Positions 30,901 to 41,549 of a stretch of DNA of 64,000 nt are shown here, one piece after another. The notes below the pieces were generated by a model that was not told where the DNA came from, made no database searches, and saw only the letters and a program-made list of their open reading frames with translations. Position numbers and translations under genes: made by a program. Source of the DNA: a virus; IMG/VR virus record IMGVR_UViG_3300030419_002087, positions 32,001 to 96,000 of that record; one strand, written 5' to 3'. Within the stretch, counting starts at the first letter, position 1. Every line of letters starts with the position of its first letter.

Positions 30901-33900
30901 TAAAGGATTATAGTACAGGTGATAGTGACTCTCCATTTGAATATGATTATCGTGATTTTTCAAGTACTGGAGCAAGTGCTGCGAATATATTAGTACCTAA
31001 TGAGGCTTTAATTTTAGGTTATTCTTATTATCTGGGTAGAATTGATAAGATTCTTTTAAGTAGAGATGGATTCTTTGAAATTAAAAAAGGAGCTCCTTCT
31101 GAAAATCCTATAGCTCCAGATACTCCTACTGGAGGATTCTTAGTATCAACTGTATTCAATGCTCCTTACATTAGAAACGCTACATACGAATCTAATAGTA
31201 TTCTTTCTTCTCATAAGAGATATACGATGTTTGACATCGGTAGACTTGAGAATAGGGTTAAGAATATAGAGTTCTATACACAATTATCTTTACTTGAAAC
31301 TGAAACATCAAATTTAAACATAAGGGATGCTGGTACTGGTCTTGATAGATTTAAGTCTGGATTCTTTGTAGATAATTTTAGAGGACATGGTTCTCATTCT
31401 ATCTCACATCCATTATTCAAGGCATCTGTTGATAAGGCCAAAGGTGAATGCCGTCCTTCTCATTACACTACATCATATGATCTTTTAATTGGATCAGAAC
31501 AAGTTGTTGGAATTGGTACAACTGCCGATCCTAATGCTGATTTAACTCAGGTTTCTGATTTACAGTCCAATTCACTACAGAGAACAGGTGATGTTGTTAC
31601 TTTAAAATATACTGAATCTAAATTTATTGAACAGAAGTTTGCTACTACTGTTGAGAATGTAAACCCATTTGCGGTTATTAACTGGGTTGGTGTTATTACT
31701 TTAAGTCCAGCATCAGATACTTGGTTAGATGAAAAACATTTAGATGTTAATAATATCATCATGGAAGGTGAATACCAATCCTTGATGGCTGAATTAAATA
31801 TTGATCCTAATACTGGATTCTCTCCAATTGATTGGAATGCTTGGGAAGAAGATTGGAGTTCTGTAGATGTTTCTGAGAGAGAATTAGGCCAAAAAATAAC
31901 TGAAACTGATAGAAAAGTAGGTAACTGGAGTAGAGGATTTACTGAAGGTGGAGAACTTTTACCACCTATACATGGCGGACATATATCCAGAACTAGAAAA
32001 ATTGATATTAAGGAAACTATTGAAACAGAATTTGAAGAAACTACAACTGTTACAACTGGTTTAAGTAGAAGTGGTGTTCAGTTTAATGTTACTGAAAGAT
32101 GGGATACAGAAAGTCTTGGAACTAGATTAGTTAATAAGGAAATAATTCCTTATATGAGATCAAGAAATATAGAATTTACTTCATATAGAATTAAACCAAG
32201 AACTCAATTCTATCCATTCTTAGATGGACAGGATATTGCGAAGTATTGTACTCCAAAACTTGTTGAAATTGAGATGCAGAGTGGTGTCTTCCAAGTTGGT
32301 GAAACTGTTTATGGTACTACAGATGCGTTCTTCCAATTTGGTGTTGATCAAGGCCCTCACATAATTTTCAGAGTTGCTCAAACCAACCATAAATTTGGTG
32401 CCTATAATAATCCAGAAATTACTTATGCTGTAAACCCATATTCTGATACTGTTGGATTAAGTTCTACTTATTCTGCTACAAGTGGTGTTCTTAACGTTGA
32501 TTGTGGTTCATTACAACTTGAAGTACTTGGTGATTTCTATGGTTATATTAGTAAGGGTATGAAACTGGTTGGTCAAACCAGTGGTGCAGAGGCTATTGTT
32601 CAGAAGAATAGATTAATCACTGATGAGAAAGGTAATTTACTAGGAACTATATTTGTTCCTGATAATGATACTTCTATATCAGCTCCACAATTTACTACTG
32701 GAACTAAGACATTTAGATTATCAAGTTCTAAGGTTAATTCTCAAAGTCCAGTTGATAATCCATCAACTGCGGAAACTACTTATGCTGCAGAAGGTACTCT
32801 TGATATATTCCAAGAGGATATTCTGAGTGTTCGTAATGCTGATGTTTCTAGACAAACATTTAGTGATTCTACCGTAAGAACCAATACAACTCAGAAGACA
32901 TTTAAGACACAATCATTTGAGAATAGAACAGTCTTCCAAAACCAGTGGTATGATCCTCTTGCTCAATCGTTTGAGATTACAGAAGATAATGGTGTGTTTA
33001 TAACTTCCTTGGATGTATTTTTCAAATCTAAGGATAGTGCTATTCCAGTTACAGCACAGATTAGAACTATGTTGACTGGTATGCCTACTTCTACCATAGT
33101 TCCATTTGGTGAAGTAATATATGAACCAACTCAGATTAACTTATCAAATAATGGTACTGTTGCTACCAACTTTAAGTTCCCATCTCCAGTTTATCTTGAG
33201 CCGGGAGAATATGCTATAGTACTCTTATCAGCATCTAATGATTATGAATGTTTCATATCTGTTATGGAACAAGAAGATATTACAACGGCTGATCTACCAG
33301 AAAGTGAGAGAATTATTGTTTCTCAACAACCATACATGGGATCTTTATTCAAATCCCAAAATGGTTCTACATGGACTCCAGCACAGTTTGAAGATCTTAA
33401 ATTCAGTCTTTATAAGGCCCAATTTGTTCAAGAGCCAGGTACTCTTAAGTATTATAATCCAGAGTTGGGTGTTGGTAAATTAGGTAGACCAAAATTAAGG
33501 AATAATCCTTTAACATTCTTATCACAAGAAATTAGAGTTGGTCTTGGTAGTACAGTACAAACACAAGACTTTAGTAATGGTTCTAGATTAACTCAAGTAA
33601 GTAATCTCACTGCCGAAGGTAATATTATTAAGTCTTTAGGTAAGATTAAGATTGATACTCTTGCTACAGCAGCTGGTGGTATAACAACTAACTCTGTTGG
33701 AACAGGATTAACTCCATCAGGATCTAATTTAACATATACTGGAATAGCATTAACTACTATAACAGGTGAAGGTTCTGGAGCAGTTGCGAATATACAAGTT
33801 GTTTCTGGTGGTGTTGGTGTAGTAACTGTCACTACTGGTGGTAATGGATATGCTGTTGGAGATGTTCTTGGATGTAATCTTGGTGAAACTGGTAAGAATT

Positions 33901-35438
33901 TACGATTTAATGTTGGTATTGTTTCCGCAACTAATGCCTTTATATTAGACAAAGTGGTTGGTGATTTCAATACCAGTACAGAATTGATGACTATTAATGC
34001 TGTTGGTGTTGCATCTACATTAGTTGGTTCTTTACCCGCTACAATTTCAAATACTTATCCATACAGAGATGGCCTTCATGTTAAGGTAAATCATAGAAAT
34101 CATGGTATGCACTCTAGAACTAATAGAGTGACTATATCAGGAGCTGTTGGTGTACAGACAGCTGGTAAAGTATCTGAGGTATATCCTAGTACTTCAACTG
34201 AAGATATCAGACTTGATTCTGCTTCTGTCTTTAGTTCATTTGAAAATGTTGGTGTATCTACTACTAACCCAGGCTATGTCAAGATTGGTAATGAAGTACT
34301 TGAATACACGGGAGTTAATGGTGCATCTACACCAAACAGATTGACTGGTATTACCAGAAGTATTGATAATACAAAGGCCTCAGAACATAAGGTTAGTGAT
34401 ACGATTTATAAGTATGAATCTTCTGGAGTTTCCTTAAGGAGAATTAATAAGACACATTCATTTGCAGATATTGATAGTAATATTAATATTGGATTAGATG
34501 AATATTATATTAAAGTTGATACCACTGCTACAGGTGTTGGTACAGTTAGGGATGGTACAAGTGCCTTACCTAAGTTGAAGATTTCTGAAACTGAAAAAAT
34601 TGGTAGAAATGCTGTAAGGGCTACACAAAATACTCAATTTGAGACTATCACACCAAATATCCAGTTTATGACTCCAAGGGATACTGGAATATCAGCTAGA
34701 ATGAGAACTACCTCTGCTACTAGTGTTGATGGTAGTGAGACTTCATTTGTGGATCAGGGATTTGAAGCTATTGATATGGGAGGTTCTACTTCGTTGAGTT
34801 CTCCAAGAATCATTGCTTCTAAGATTAATGAGTCTAATAATCTTACATCATTGCCTGGCAATAAATCATTTACAATGGAACTAGTCTTTGAAACAGAAGA
34901 CATTAATGTTTCACCAGTAATTGATACTGATAGAGCTGCTATCATTACTACAACAAATAGAATTGATAGACCTATTACTAATTTTGCTGATGATCCAAGA
35001 GTGAATGCTAGATTTGGTGATCCAAATAGTGCAATTTATATAAGTAAGAAGATTAATTTGGAAAATCCTGCAACCTTCTTACAAGTGAAATTAGCTGGAT
35101 ATAGACCTGATTCTGGTGATATTCGTGTTCTTTACAAGTTGTTTAGAGCCGATAGTGTATCAGCTGAACAACCATTTGAATTATTCCCTGGCTATGATAA
35201 CTTAACTGATACTAATGGAGATGGTTTTGGTAATCAAGTAATTGATTCTAAGAGTAATAATGGTAGACCTGATAAATTCGTACCTGCTGCAAGATTTGAT
35301 GGAGATTGGAGAGATTATCAATTTACCAATGATAAACTTCCTGAATTTAATGGCTTCCAAGTTAAAATTATTATGAGTGGAACGGATCAGGCAAATCCAC
35401 CAAGAATTAAAGACCTTAGAGTAATTGCTTTCGCATGA
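27903..35438 (+). CDS. large virion structural protein (DUF4815/VrlC-like)
   Basis: NLNVSPYFDDF...RVLFKP..IQARELTQLQSILQNQI, APGADRL, DPLAQSF, DLRVIAFA; position after gp8. Confidence 0.85.
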   Translation: MPQETNLNVSPYFDDFNEDKNFNRVLFKPATPIQARELTQLQSILQNQIERFGQHFFKEGSQVIPGQIAYDSQYNAVELTESFLGIQLTNYIDQLVGKTIKGEQSGVVAKVVNNLTATKSDRGNNTLYVKYQKSGDDFETVTFQDGENLICTSDIEYGNTRIVANNPFAACIPSNACSIGSAASIADGVYFVRGFFVKVTANTVILDQYTNDPTCRVGLFISENLVTAYSDDTLFDNASGFSNYAAPGADRLQLQTTLIKKDIDEFNDENFVELMRLKSGNIEKFVEKTDYNILKDELARRTYETSGDYYVKPFQVNIKESLNNRQGNGGIYYKDQKTAEGNDPSKDLMVYQMSPGKAYVKGYDIKKITSTNIDVEKPRTIKTIESDIVPVETTSSVIVNNVYGSPKIGFGSTATIDLYTDRINSGGSANGTYIGNAKVYDFKLENTPYANAATNYEVSLYDVQTFTVLTVNTAQTLSTPIYVEGARSGASGYLKSNVSSSVSLTLTGTKGAFIVDEPLKINGVQESVSVTSVVEYDFGDVKSFHQNNSPNVFTADLDLTEKFSIAPPGTQFTITSGGTVTVPGKRFAVGIKTGDIVSYNLQSNSDITYNKVSALSADGSTMTIVACPQDIAGVCDKDLPGGTVSPSDFGIVKPALRNAQNSRLTSNLPQRFISSVDLKNAQLLIRKQYVLNISSKRGTVTVDDPDLFFQPFDEEDYNLTYSDGSIETLSSQNVQFNADFKTITLRSLTKTSDTNAVLVTTLKKINVTSKAKTLSKCAKVTFNRSKHDYSGTNTTSFNNGLTYNAIYGTRVEDDQICLNVPDGLRVHAIFESSGTSDPSLPGATLINRSDALTNTIQGEQVLGVESGALGQVVSTTTSTFEVVYKNEFIFQVGETLIFQSSGITGEVSQVVAGDKNIGEDFQFDNGDRKEYLDYCRIVREPTADEPKKRITVVFDHYVVDAGSGGDVVTVNSYPSDAFEYDLPKIRGRAATDFVDIRPRVKDYSTGDSDSPFEYDYRDFSSTGASAANILVPNEALILGYSYYLGRIDKILLSRDGFFEIKKGAPSENPIAPDTPTGGFLVSTVFNAPYIRNATYESNSILSSHKRYTMFDIGRLENRVKNIEFYTQLSLLETETSNLNIRDAGTGLDRFKSGFFVDNFRGHGSHSISHPLFKASVDKAKGECRPSHYTTSYDLLIGSEQVVGIGTTADPNADLTQVSDLQSNSLQRTGDVVTLKYTESKFIEQKFATTVENVNPFAVINWVGVITLSPASDTWLDEKHLDVNNIIMEGEYQSLMAELNIDPNTGFSPIDWNAWEEDWSSVDVSERELGQKITETDRKVGNWSRGFTEGGELLPPIHGGHISRTRKIDIKETIETEFEETTTVTTGLSRSGVQFNVTERWDTESLGTRLVNKEIIPYMRSRNIEFTSYRIKPRTQFYPFLDGQDIAKYCTPKLVEIEMQSGVFQVGETVYGTTDAFFQFGVDQGPHIIFRVAQTNHKFGAYNNPEITYAVNPYSDTVGLSSTYSATSGVLNVDCGSLQLEVLGDFYGYISKGMKLVGQTSGAEAIVQKNRLITDEKGNLLGTIFVPDNDTSISAPQFTTGTKTFRLSSSKVNSQSPVDNPSTAETTYAAEGTLDIFQEDILSVRNADVSRQTFSDSTVRTNTTQKTFKTQSFENRTVFQNQWYDPLAQSFEITEDNGVFITSLDVFFKSKDSAIPVTAQIRTMLTGMPTSTIVPFGEVIYEPTQINLSNNGTVATNFKFPSPVYLEPGEYAIVLLSASNDYECFISVMEQEDITTADLPESERIIVSQQPYMGSLFKSQNGSTWTPAQFEDLKFSLYKAQFVQEPGTLKYYNPELGVGKLGRPKLRNNPLTFLSQEIRVGLGSTVQTQDFSNGSRLTQVSNLTAEGNIIKSLGKIKIDTLATAAGGITTNSVGTGLTPSGSNLTYTGIALTTITGEGSGAVANIQVVSGGVGVVTVTTGGNGYAVGDVLGCNLGETGKNLRFNVGIVSATNAFILDKVVGDFNTSTELMTINAVGVASTLVGSLPATISNTYPYRDGLHVKVNHRNHGMHSRTNRVTISGAVGVQTAGKVSEVYPSTSTEDIRLDSASVFSSFENVGVSTTNPGYVKIGNEVLEYTGVNGASTPNRLTGITRSIDNTKASEHKVSDTIYKYESSGVSLRRINKTHSFADIDSNINIGLDEYYIKVDTTATGVGTVRDGTSALPKLKISETEKIGRNAVRATQNTQFETITPNIQFMTPRDTGISARMRTTSATSVDGSETSFVDQGFEAIDMGGSTSLSSPRIIASKINESNNLTSLPGNKSFTMELVFETEDINVSPVIDTDRAAIITTTNRIDRPITNFADDPRVNARFGDPNSAIYISKKINLENPATFLQVKLAGYRPDSGDIRVLYKLFRADSVSAEQPFELFPGYDNLTDTNGDGFGNQVIDSKSNNGRPDKFVPAARFDGDWRDYQFTNDKLPEFNGFQVKIIMSGTDQANPPRIKDLRVIAFA

Positions 35439-35650
35439 CGTACAAAAAAGTTGAAGGACATGATGACCTTATAAGAGATATGGCCAATGGTGCTATTATA
35501 AACAAAGACACCAGTGGTTATAGGGATTATATTACATTGAGGAATCAGAAGATAAAAGAACAAGAACGAATTGATTCTATAGAAGATGAGATTGGTGAAA
35601 TCAAATCTTTATTAAAAGAATTAGTTCAGAATATAAATACATCTAGATAA
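35435..35650 (+). CDS. conserved small hypothetical protein
   Basis: KVEGHDDLIRD..NGAIIN followed by a coiled coil. Confidence 0.75.
   Translation: MTYKKVEGHDDLIRDMANGAIINKDTSGYRDYITLRNQKIKEQERIDSIEDEIGEIKSLLKELVQNINTSR
35632..35639 (+). promoter_or_regulatory. T4-type late promoter
   Basis: TATAAATA. Confidence 0.7.
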
Positions 35651-35669
35651 AGTACCAAGTATTTGAAAT

Positions 35670-36008
35670 ATGTCAATTTACGTTGTAAATTTGGGTATTG
35701 AACAAGGTACTGATTTTCAACAGACCTTCGATCTGACTGCTACAAACGGTCAACCTCTAAACTTAGAGAATTACTCCGGCAAATCTCAGATGAGAAAATA
35801 TGCTGGGAGTAGAAATGCTTATGACTTTACCGTAACTTTTACGGATAGAGCATCTGGACAGATCAAACTATCGATAACCGATACAATTACCAAGAGAATT
35901 AAACCAGGCCGATATATTTACGATATCCAATTAACGGATTCTAATGATGAAAAACTCAGAGTTTGTGAAGGTCAGGTGCTTGTGAGAGAAAGCGCTACTA
36001 AGGGGTAA
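35670..36008 (+). CDS. small beta-sandwich virion protein
   Basis: NLGIEQGTDF...GQIKLS...PGRYIYDI...RVCEGQVLV. Confidence 0.7.
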   Translation: MSIYVVNLGIEQGTDFQQTFDLTATNGQPLNLENYSGKSQMRKYAGSRNAYDFTVTFTDRASGQIKLSITDTITKRIKPGRYIYDIQLTDSNDEKLRVCEGQVLVRESATKG

Positions 36009-36013
36009 GCTAA

Positions 36014-36232
36014 ATGGCTGGATCTTCACGATTTAGAGGTGGGGGTGTCAACGCAATTAAAGTGGCTGCTACGTCTCGTGCTGAGGCTGGCGGTACATTT
36101 CGATCACTTTCCGACACTGATGTGAGTAACCTAGGCGATGGTTATCTTGCAGTATATAATGTCACAACAGGTAAATGGACATCTCAAGTTAACTTGGGAG
36201 ACAATACCGAAATAGACGGAGGCACCTTCTAA
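36014..36232 (+). CDS. small fibre-associated protein
   Basis: LSDTDVSNLGDG.LAVYN..TGKW, ends IDGGTF. Confidence 0.65.
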   Translation: MAGSSRFRGGGVNAIKVAATSRAEAGGTFRSLSDTDVSNLGDGYLAVYNVTTGKWTSQVNLGDNTEIDGGTF

Positions 36233-38052
36233 TGGCCGTCATAAGAATTAAACGGAGTACTGGCTCAACTGCTCCTGTATCATTGGGTGTAGGTGAACCT
36301 GCGGCTACCGTAGAAACCGCTACCCAAGGTGCATGGAATAATAAAGCTGGTCGTCTTTTTGTAGGTAACGCTTCTGGAGTGCCTGTAGAAGTAGGTGGAG
36401 AATATTATACAGAATTATTAAATCATCAACAGAGTATTCTTACTAACGATTCAGCTGTAATCGTAGGTGCTGCTGGTTCCATAGATCATTGGAACGTTGT
36501 TGGTATGGCGACATTCCAACAAATAAAAGTAACAGCAGCTGCTGAATTTTTAGGTGATGTAACACTTAGTAATCCAGTAACATTTGATTATCTATCTGGT
36601 ACTTCACTAACAGTCAATAGTAATTTTTATTCTGCTGGTGTTACTACTTTACAAAGAGCTTATATTCCAGAAGATCTGAATGTTGTTGGATTATCAACTT
36701 TTGTTGGATTCTCGACATTTGGGGCTAATGTTGCTGTTGCCGATTCTGTTGGAGTAGGTACTGGTTTCTATGCAACTAATGCTGGAGATGTTAAATTAGA
36801 ATCCTTAACCATAACTGGGTTAAGTACTAATAGGATCCCATACCTTACACCTAATGGTTCTGGTGAACCTGGCAAACCACAGTTTACTACTGGTAATGGA
36901 TTAATATACAATGTAGCTGGTTTTGGAACTGGCCCGACTCCAGAATTTGTTACTGATGCAATCGCTGTATCTATAGCTGGTACTGTTTATGCACCAGCTG
37001 GTGTTGTTACTACTATTAATGGTACAACACTAACATATACCAATGGATCTATTAATGATCTAACCCTTGGTGTGGGAACAGAGGCATATTCTTTCCCTAA
37101 TCAAGATGCTACAACTGCTGGTTGGATTCTAAGAAGTGATTCTAATGGTACATTAAATTGGGCTCCAAATGATGCTCGACTTAATTACATTGGTAGAACT
37201 GGAGCTGGATCAACTAGTGCTGGTACTGTTGGTCTTAACACTGAGACTTTTGAAATATGGGGTTCAGCAAACGAGATTGATACTGTTGCTGTAGGTAGAA
37301 CTATAACAATCAGTTTACCAGATGAAGTTATTATTGGTACTGCATTAACAGTTAGTGGCCCAGTAAGTATTGCTGGAAGTCTATCTGTTGAAGGAAGTGT
37401 TACTTATCTCGATTCTACGATTACGCAGATTAAAGATAAGAAAATTGATCTTGCATATTCTGATTCTCCAAATGATACTAATGCCGATGGTGGTGGTATA
37501 TCCATTAAAGGTAATAGTGATTATGAAATAACATGGGCAAGTGGTGTTGGTGCTTTCCAAGTAAATCAAAGTTGGCTACCATATAGTAACAACACATACG
37601 ATCTTGGTTCTGATTCTGTTCAATGGAGAAATATATACGTTGATGGATATGTTGATACTGATGAAATATTAGTTTCTGGTATTGGTACTCTAACATCAGC
37701 TGATATCAACGGTGGTAATATAGACAGTACTGTTATTGGTGCTGCTGTATCAACTACGGCATATTTTGAAAGAATTGGATGGGGTGCAACTGCACATGCA
37801 ACTCAATTAACTCTTTTAAGTGGTACTGTAACTAGTTTACAAGTTACTGGTATTACTACATTAGGAAGATTATTCTCATCAACCTCTCCAGATGAAAATG
37901 GAGTTGGTTATGCTGGTTCTACTGGTGAAGTAGGATTTACATCCTCACCATCAGCTGGAATATCAACTTCCCATTACTTACTTACTTCAGTAGGTATCGC
38001 AACCGATGATCGGCCTGTATGGACTGATACAATAGATTGTGGAACTTATTGA
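36232..38052 (+). CDS. tail/collar fibre-like protein
   Basis: IRIKRSTGSTAP..L..GE N-terminus, YDLGS...WRNIY, ends IDCGTY. Confidence 0.75.
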   Translation: MAVIRIKRSTGSTAPVSLGVGEPAATVETATQGAWNNKAGRLFVGNASGVPVEVGGEYYTELLNHQQSILTNDSAVIVGAAGSIDHWNVVGMATFQQIKVTAAAEFLGDVTLSNPVTFDYLSGTSLTVNSNFYSAGVTTLQRAYIPEDLNVVGLSTFVGFSTFGANVAVADSVGVGTGFYATNAGDVKLESLTITGLSTNRIPYLTPNGSGEPGKPQFTTGNGLIYNVAGFGTGPTPEFVTDAIAVSIAGTVYAPAGVVTTINGTTLTYTNGSINDLTLGVGTEAYSFPNQDATTAGWILRSDSNGTLNWAPNDARLNYIGRTGAGSTSAGTVGLNTETFEIWGSANEIDTVAVGRTITISLPDEVIIGTALTVSGPVSIAGSLSVEGSVTYLDSTITQIKDKKIDLAYSDSPNDTNADGGGISIKGNSDYEITWASGVGAFQVNQSWLPYSNNTYDLGSDSVQWRNIYVDGYVDTDEILVSGIGTLTSADINGGNIDSTVIGAAVSTTAYFERIGWGATAHATQLTLLSGTVTSLQVTGITTLGRLFSSTSPDENGVGYAGSTGEVGFTSSPSAGISTSHYLLTSVGIATDDRPVWTDTIDCGTY

Positions 38053-38093
38053 TCTAAGCCCATACTAAATAGATAGGAGCTAGTTTTATATAC

Positions 38094-39221
38094 ATGGCGA
38101 AACCTAGCAGTAGACAAGAACTAATCGATTATTGCCTGAGACAGCTGGGCGAGCCCGTCTTGGAAGTAAACGTTGATGAGGATCAAATTGACGATATAGT
38201 TGATGATTCTCTTCAGTACTTCCAAGAGCGACACATGGATGGTGTTGAGAGAATGTATCTCAAACACCAGATACAACAATGGGAAATTGATGCAGCAAGA
38301 ACTAAACAGATAGGATCTGTTGGAATTTCTTCACAGACATTTAATGGAGCCACTGGAGTAAATACAAGTACAAACGGAAATAATATATTAATACCAAATC
38401 ATGGCCTAGCAACAGGCTCACAGATATGGTATAGTGTTGGTGCAGGTTGTACTCCTATTGGAATAACAAGTGATATAGTTCTTGCTGGAGTAGGTACTAC
38501 TTCTTTCTTGGGTATAGGAACTGATAGTGTAGAACTTTATGCTATAGCAGATAATAAGAATCAAATTAGAGTTGCTGCAAGTAGTAGTGAAGCTGGTGCT
38601 GGAGTTGCAATAACATTTACTTCAGCTGGTATTGGTTCAACACACTTTGTTGCAACACAATCACAATTTTACGAAGCAAGAAATTATATTGAAATACCAG
38701 ATCATGTTATAGGTGTTCAAGGTATTTTTAGATTTGATGATAATACTATTTCACAGAACATGTTCAGTATATCGTATCAGATATTCTTGAATGATGTTTA
38801 TAATTTTAGTTCTGTGGAACTACTTAATTATACAATGGTTAAACAGTATCTTGAGACTATTCAATTCTTGATAAGTCCAGATAAAAAGATTAGATATAAT
38901 AAACGTGGTAATAGATTGTATCTTGACATGGATTGGGCCTCACAGTCCGCTAATGATTATCTTGTAATTGATTGTTATAGGATTTTAGATCCAAGTACTA
39001 ATACAGAAGTTTTTAATGATAGTTTCTTAAAGAAATATGTGACCGCAAAGATTAAACGTCAATGGGGTCAGAATTTAATGAAATTTACTGGGGTTAAATT
39101 GCCTGGTGGTCTTGAATTAAATGGCAGACAATTGTATGAAGATTCTCTAAGAGAATTAGATGAAATACAAAATAGGATGCCAACAGAGTATGAATTACCA
39201 CCTCTTGACTTGATAGGATAA
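38094..39221 (+). CDS. gp13: neck protein gp13
   Basis: RQELIDYCLRQLGEPVLEVNV...KRQWGQNL.KF.GV.LPGG; ACTAAATA at 38064. Confidence 0.93.
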   Translation: MAKPSSRQELIDYCLRQLGEPVLEVNVDEDQIDDIVDDSLQYFQERHMDGVERMYLKHQIQQWEIDAARTKQIGSVGISSQTFNGATGVNTSTNGNNILIPNHGLATGSQIWYSVGAGCTPIGITSDIVLAGVGTTSFLGIGTDSVELYAIADNKNQIRVAASSSEAGAGVAITFTSAGIGSTHFVATQSQFYEARNYIEIPDHVIGVQGIFRFDDNTISQNMFSISYQIFLNDVYNFSSVELLNYTMVKQYLETIQFLISPDKKIRYNKRGNRLYLDMDWASQSANDYLVIDCYRILDPSTNTEVFNDSFLKKYVTAKIKRQWGQNLMKFTGVKLPGGLELNGRQLYEDSLRELDEIQNRMPTEYELPPLDLIG

Positions 39222-41191
39222 TGGCACCATTAAATCCGTTTTATAGACAAGAAGTTGCTAGTGAACAGAGACTAGTACAAGATTTGGTCAATGAACATCT
39301 AAGGATGTATGGCCAAGAGGTATATTATTTGCCTAGAAAGTACATTGGTACTGATAACATCATGAGGGAGAATGTTCTCGCAAAGTTTGATGATGCTTAT
39401 CCAATAGAAGCCTATGTTATGAATGTTGATGGTTTTCAGGGTTCTGGAGACTTGATGACCAAATTTGGAATAAGAGTAACAGATGAAGCAACCTTTATAA
39501 TTTCAAGAGAAAGATTTGAGGATTATATTTTTAACCTTATTAGTACTATTGATGATACACAAGATTCTCGTAGAGCTCTTGGTTTAGATCTCGGAATGAG
39601 ACCATATGAAGGAGATTTAATATATTTTGGATTAACAGATAGTCTTTTTGAAATTAAGTTTGTAGAACATGAAAATCCATTCTATCAACTTGGTCAATTA
39701 ACCACATATGAATTAAGGTGTGAACTCTTTGAATATGAGGATGAGGTTATTGACACTGATATCGCTGATATCGACGATAATGCAGCAGATATAGGTTATG
39801 TTGTTACATTGACCCTGGCGGGTCTTGGAGTGACCGCTGGGGCGCAAGCTGGCCTATCTACGGGATCTGTTAGTAGGGTAGTTATTGAAAATGATGGATA
39901 TGGATACTCTACAGTTCCAACAGTTGCGATTTCATCTTCACCAAATACGGCTCCTTTTGCAGATGCAAGAGCTGTTGCTATAGGTACAGTTGGTACTGGT
40001 TTAACAACATACTCTGTACAAGAGATTAAACTAATAAATCCTGGCTTTGGATATACTCAACCACCAACCGTAACTCTTGTTGGAGATGGTGGTGGTGCAG
40101 TATTGAGAGCAGATATTGCTGCAATTGGTGCTGTTAGGATTGACCAAGTTGCTCCATTCGTGGGTGGATTGGGTTATAGGCCTGGTGCAAATATTAATGT
40201 TTCTATTAGTACTTCTCCAGTAGGTCTTGCTACTGCAAATGCTACTGCTGATGGAGTTGTATCTGCTGCTGGTACAGTTGAACAAATAAGATTCAGTAAT
40301 GCTGGATTTGGATATACCGTAACACCATCCTTTAATATTGATAGTCCATATCAAACTAGAAATGCTATTGCGAATATTGGATTTACAACTGTTGGTATGG
40401 GAACAATTACCAATATTACTATAGCGGATGCTGGTCTTGGAAATACTACTCCTCCAGCTATTACAATATCCAGTCCATCAGGATTTAGACAAGGTATTGT
40501 TACCTCTGGAGTTGGTATAGGAAGTACTGTTAATTCCTTGTCTATAGGTAATACTGGAGCATATTATGGATCTGCCCCAGTAGTAACCATCGCTGATCCT
40601 CCTACTATTGGTGTTGGTTCAGGTGTAACTGCTACCGCAACTGCTTATGTTAATGTAACAACTGGTATACTTACTGGAGTAACCATAACAAATCCTGGCT
40701 TAGGATATACGGCCGCACCAGATGTATCATTGAGTAGTGGTATTGCAACTGCTACTGCAACTGCACTTGTTAATGCAATAACTGGAATTGTAACTGATAT
40801 TAATATCACCTATGTTGGTGCTGGATATACTACACAACCAACTATATCCTTCTCTGAACCTCCAGTTGGTGTTAATACAGGTGTCTTTATGATGAATGAG
40901 ATGGTTACAGGAACCACAGGCCTAGCAACTGCTCTTGTTAAAGATTATGATGATGTCAATAAGACATTGAAGGTTTATCGTGTTGCTGGTACATTTGTTA
41001 ACGATGAGAAGATAGTTGGATCTGCAACTACTCTAGATGGAGTAGATAGAGCAGGTAGTTACTATATTAATAAAGTTTCCTATGAAGATACTGATGATAA
41101 ATGGGAAGCAAATACAGAAATTCAAGATGCTGCTACGGATATAGATGGCATAGTTGATTGGACAGAGACTAATCCATTTGGAACATTTTAG
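39221..41191 (+). CDS. gp14: neck protein gp14 with a long internal repeat insertion
   Basis: EQRLVQDL..E....YG..VYYLPR, PYEGDLIYF, PFYQLG, ends NPFG. Confidence 0.9.
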   Translation: MAPLNPFYRQEVASEQRLVQDLVNEHLRMYGQEVYYLPRKYIGTDNIMRENVLAKFDDAYPIEAYVMNVDGFQGSGDLMTKFGIRVTDEATFIISRERFEDYIFNLISTIDDTQDSRRALGLDLGMRPYEGDLIYFGLTDSLFEIKFVEHENPFYQLGQLTTYELRCELFEYEDEVIDTDIADIDDNAADIGYVVTLTLAGLGVTAGAQAGLSTGSVSRVVIENDGYGYSTVPTVAISSSPNTAPFADARAVAIGTVGTGLTTYSVQEIKLINPGFGYTQPPTVTLVGDGGGAVLRADIAAIGAVRIDQVAPFVGGLGYRPGANINVSISTSPVGLATANATADGVVSAAGTVEQIRFSNAGFGYTVTPSFNIDSPYQTRNAIANIGFTTVGMGTITNITIADAGLGNTTPPAITISSPSGFRQGIVTSGVGIGSTVNSLSIGNTGAYYGSAPVVTIADPPTIGVGSGVTATATAYVNVTTGILTGVTITNPGLGYTAAPDVSLSSGIATATATALVNAITGIVTDINITYVGAGYTTQPTISFSEPPVGVNTGVFMMNEMVTGTTGLATALVKDYDDVNKTLKVYRVAGTFVNDEKIVGSATTLDGVDRAGSYYINKVSYEDTDDKWEANTEIQDAATDIDGIVDWTETNPFGTF

Positions 41192-41199
41192 GAGGTAGT

Positions 41200-41532
41200 A
41201 TGACGAGTAGTTATGATAAGGATTGGTTTAAAGATCCACCAGATTTAGCACCTTCATCTTATGAGCCTCCTGAAAATCCGCTAGATAGTATGCCGATAGC
41301 AACATATAAAAATAGATATGCTGATCCAGAACGTCAAGCAGAAATAGAAGCTATCTTAGAACAAAACCCAAGACCAGAGGAAGATATGGCAGAATGGTTT
41401 AATGATAAATCAGAAAAGAAAGAAGATAAGAGTATACATCAAAAGATGTATGAGATTGCAACTAATAGATATAATCCATTTTCTATAGGTGGATCTGAGA
41501 ATTGTGATTCTGATATATCTTGTAATCAATAA
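41200..41532 (+). CDS. acidic hypothetical protein
   Basis: AGGAGG RBS, 110 aa. Confidence 0.65.
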   Translation: MTSSYDKDWFKDPPDLAPSSYEPPENPLDSMPIATYKNRYADPERQAEIEAILEQNPRPEEDMAEWFNDKSEKKEDKSIHQKMYEIATNRYNPFSIGGSENCDSDISCNQ

Positions 41533-41549
41533 ATAGTTAAAAAATTGTC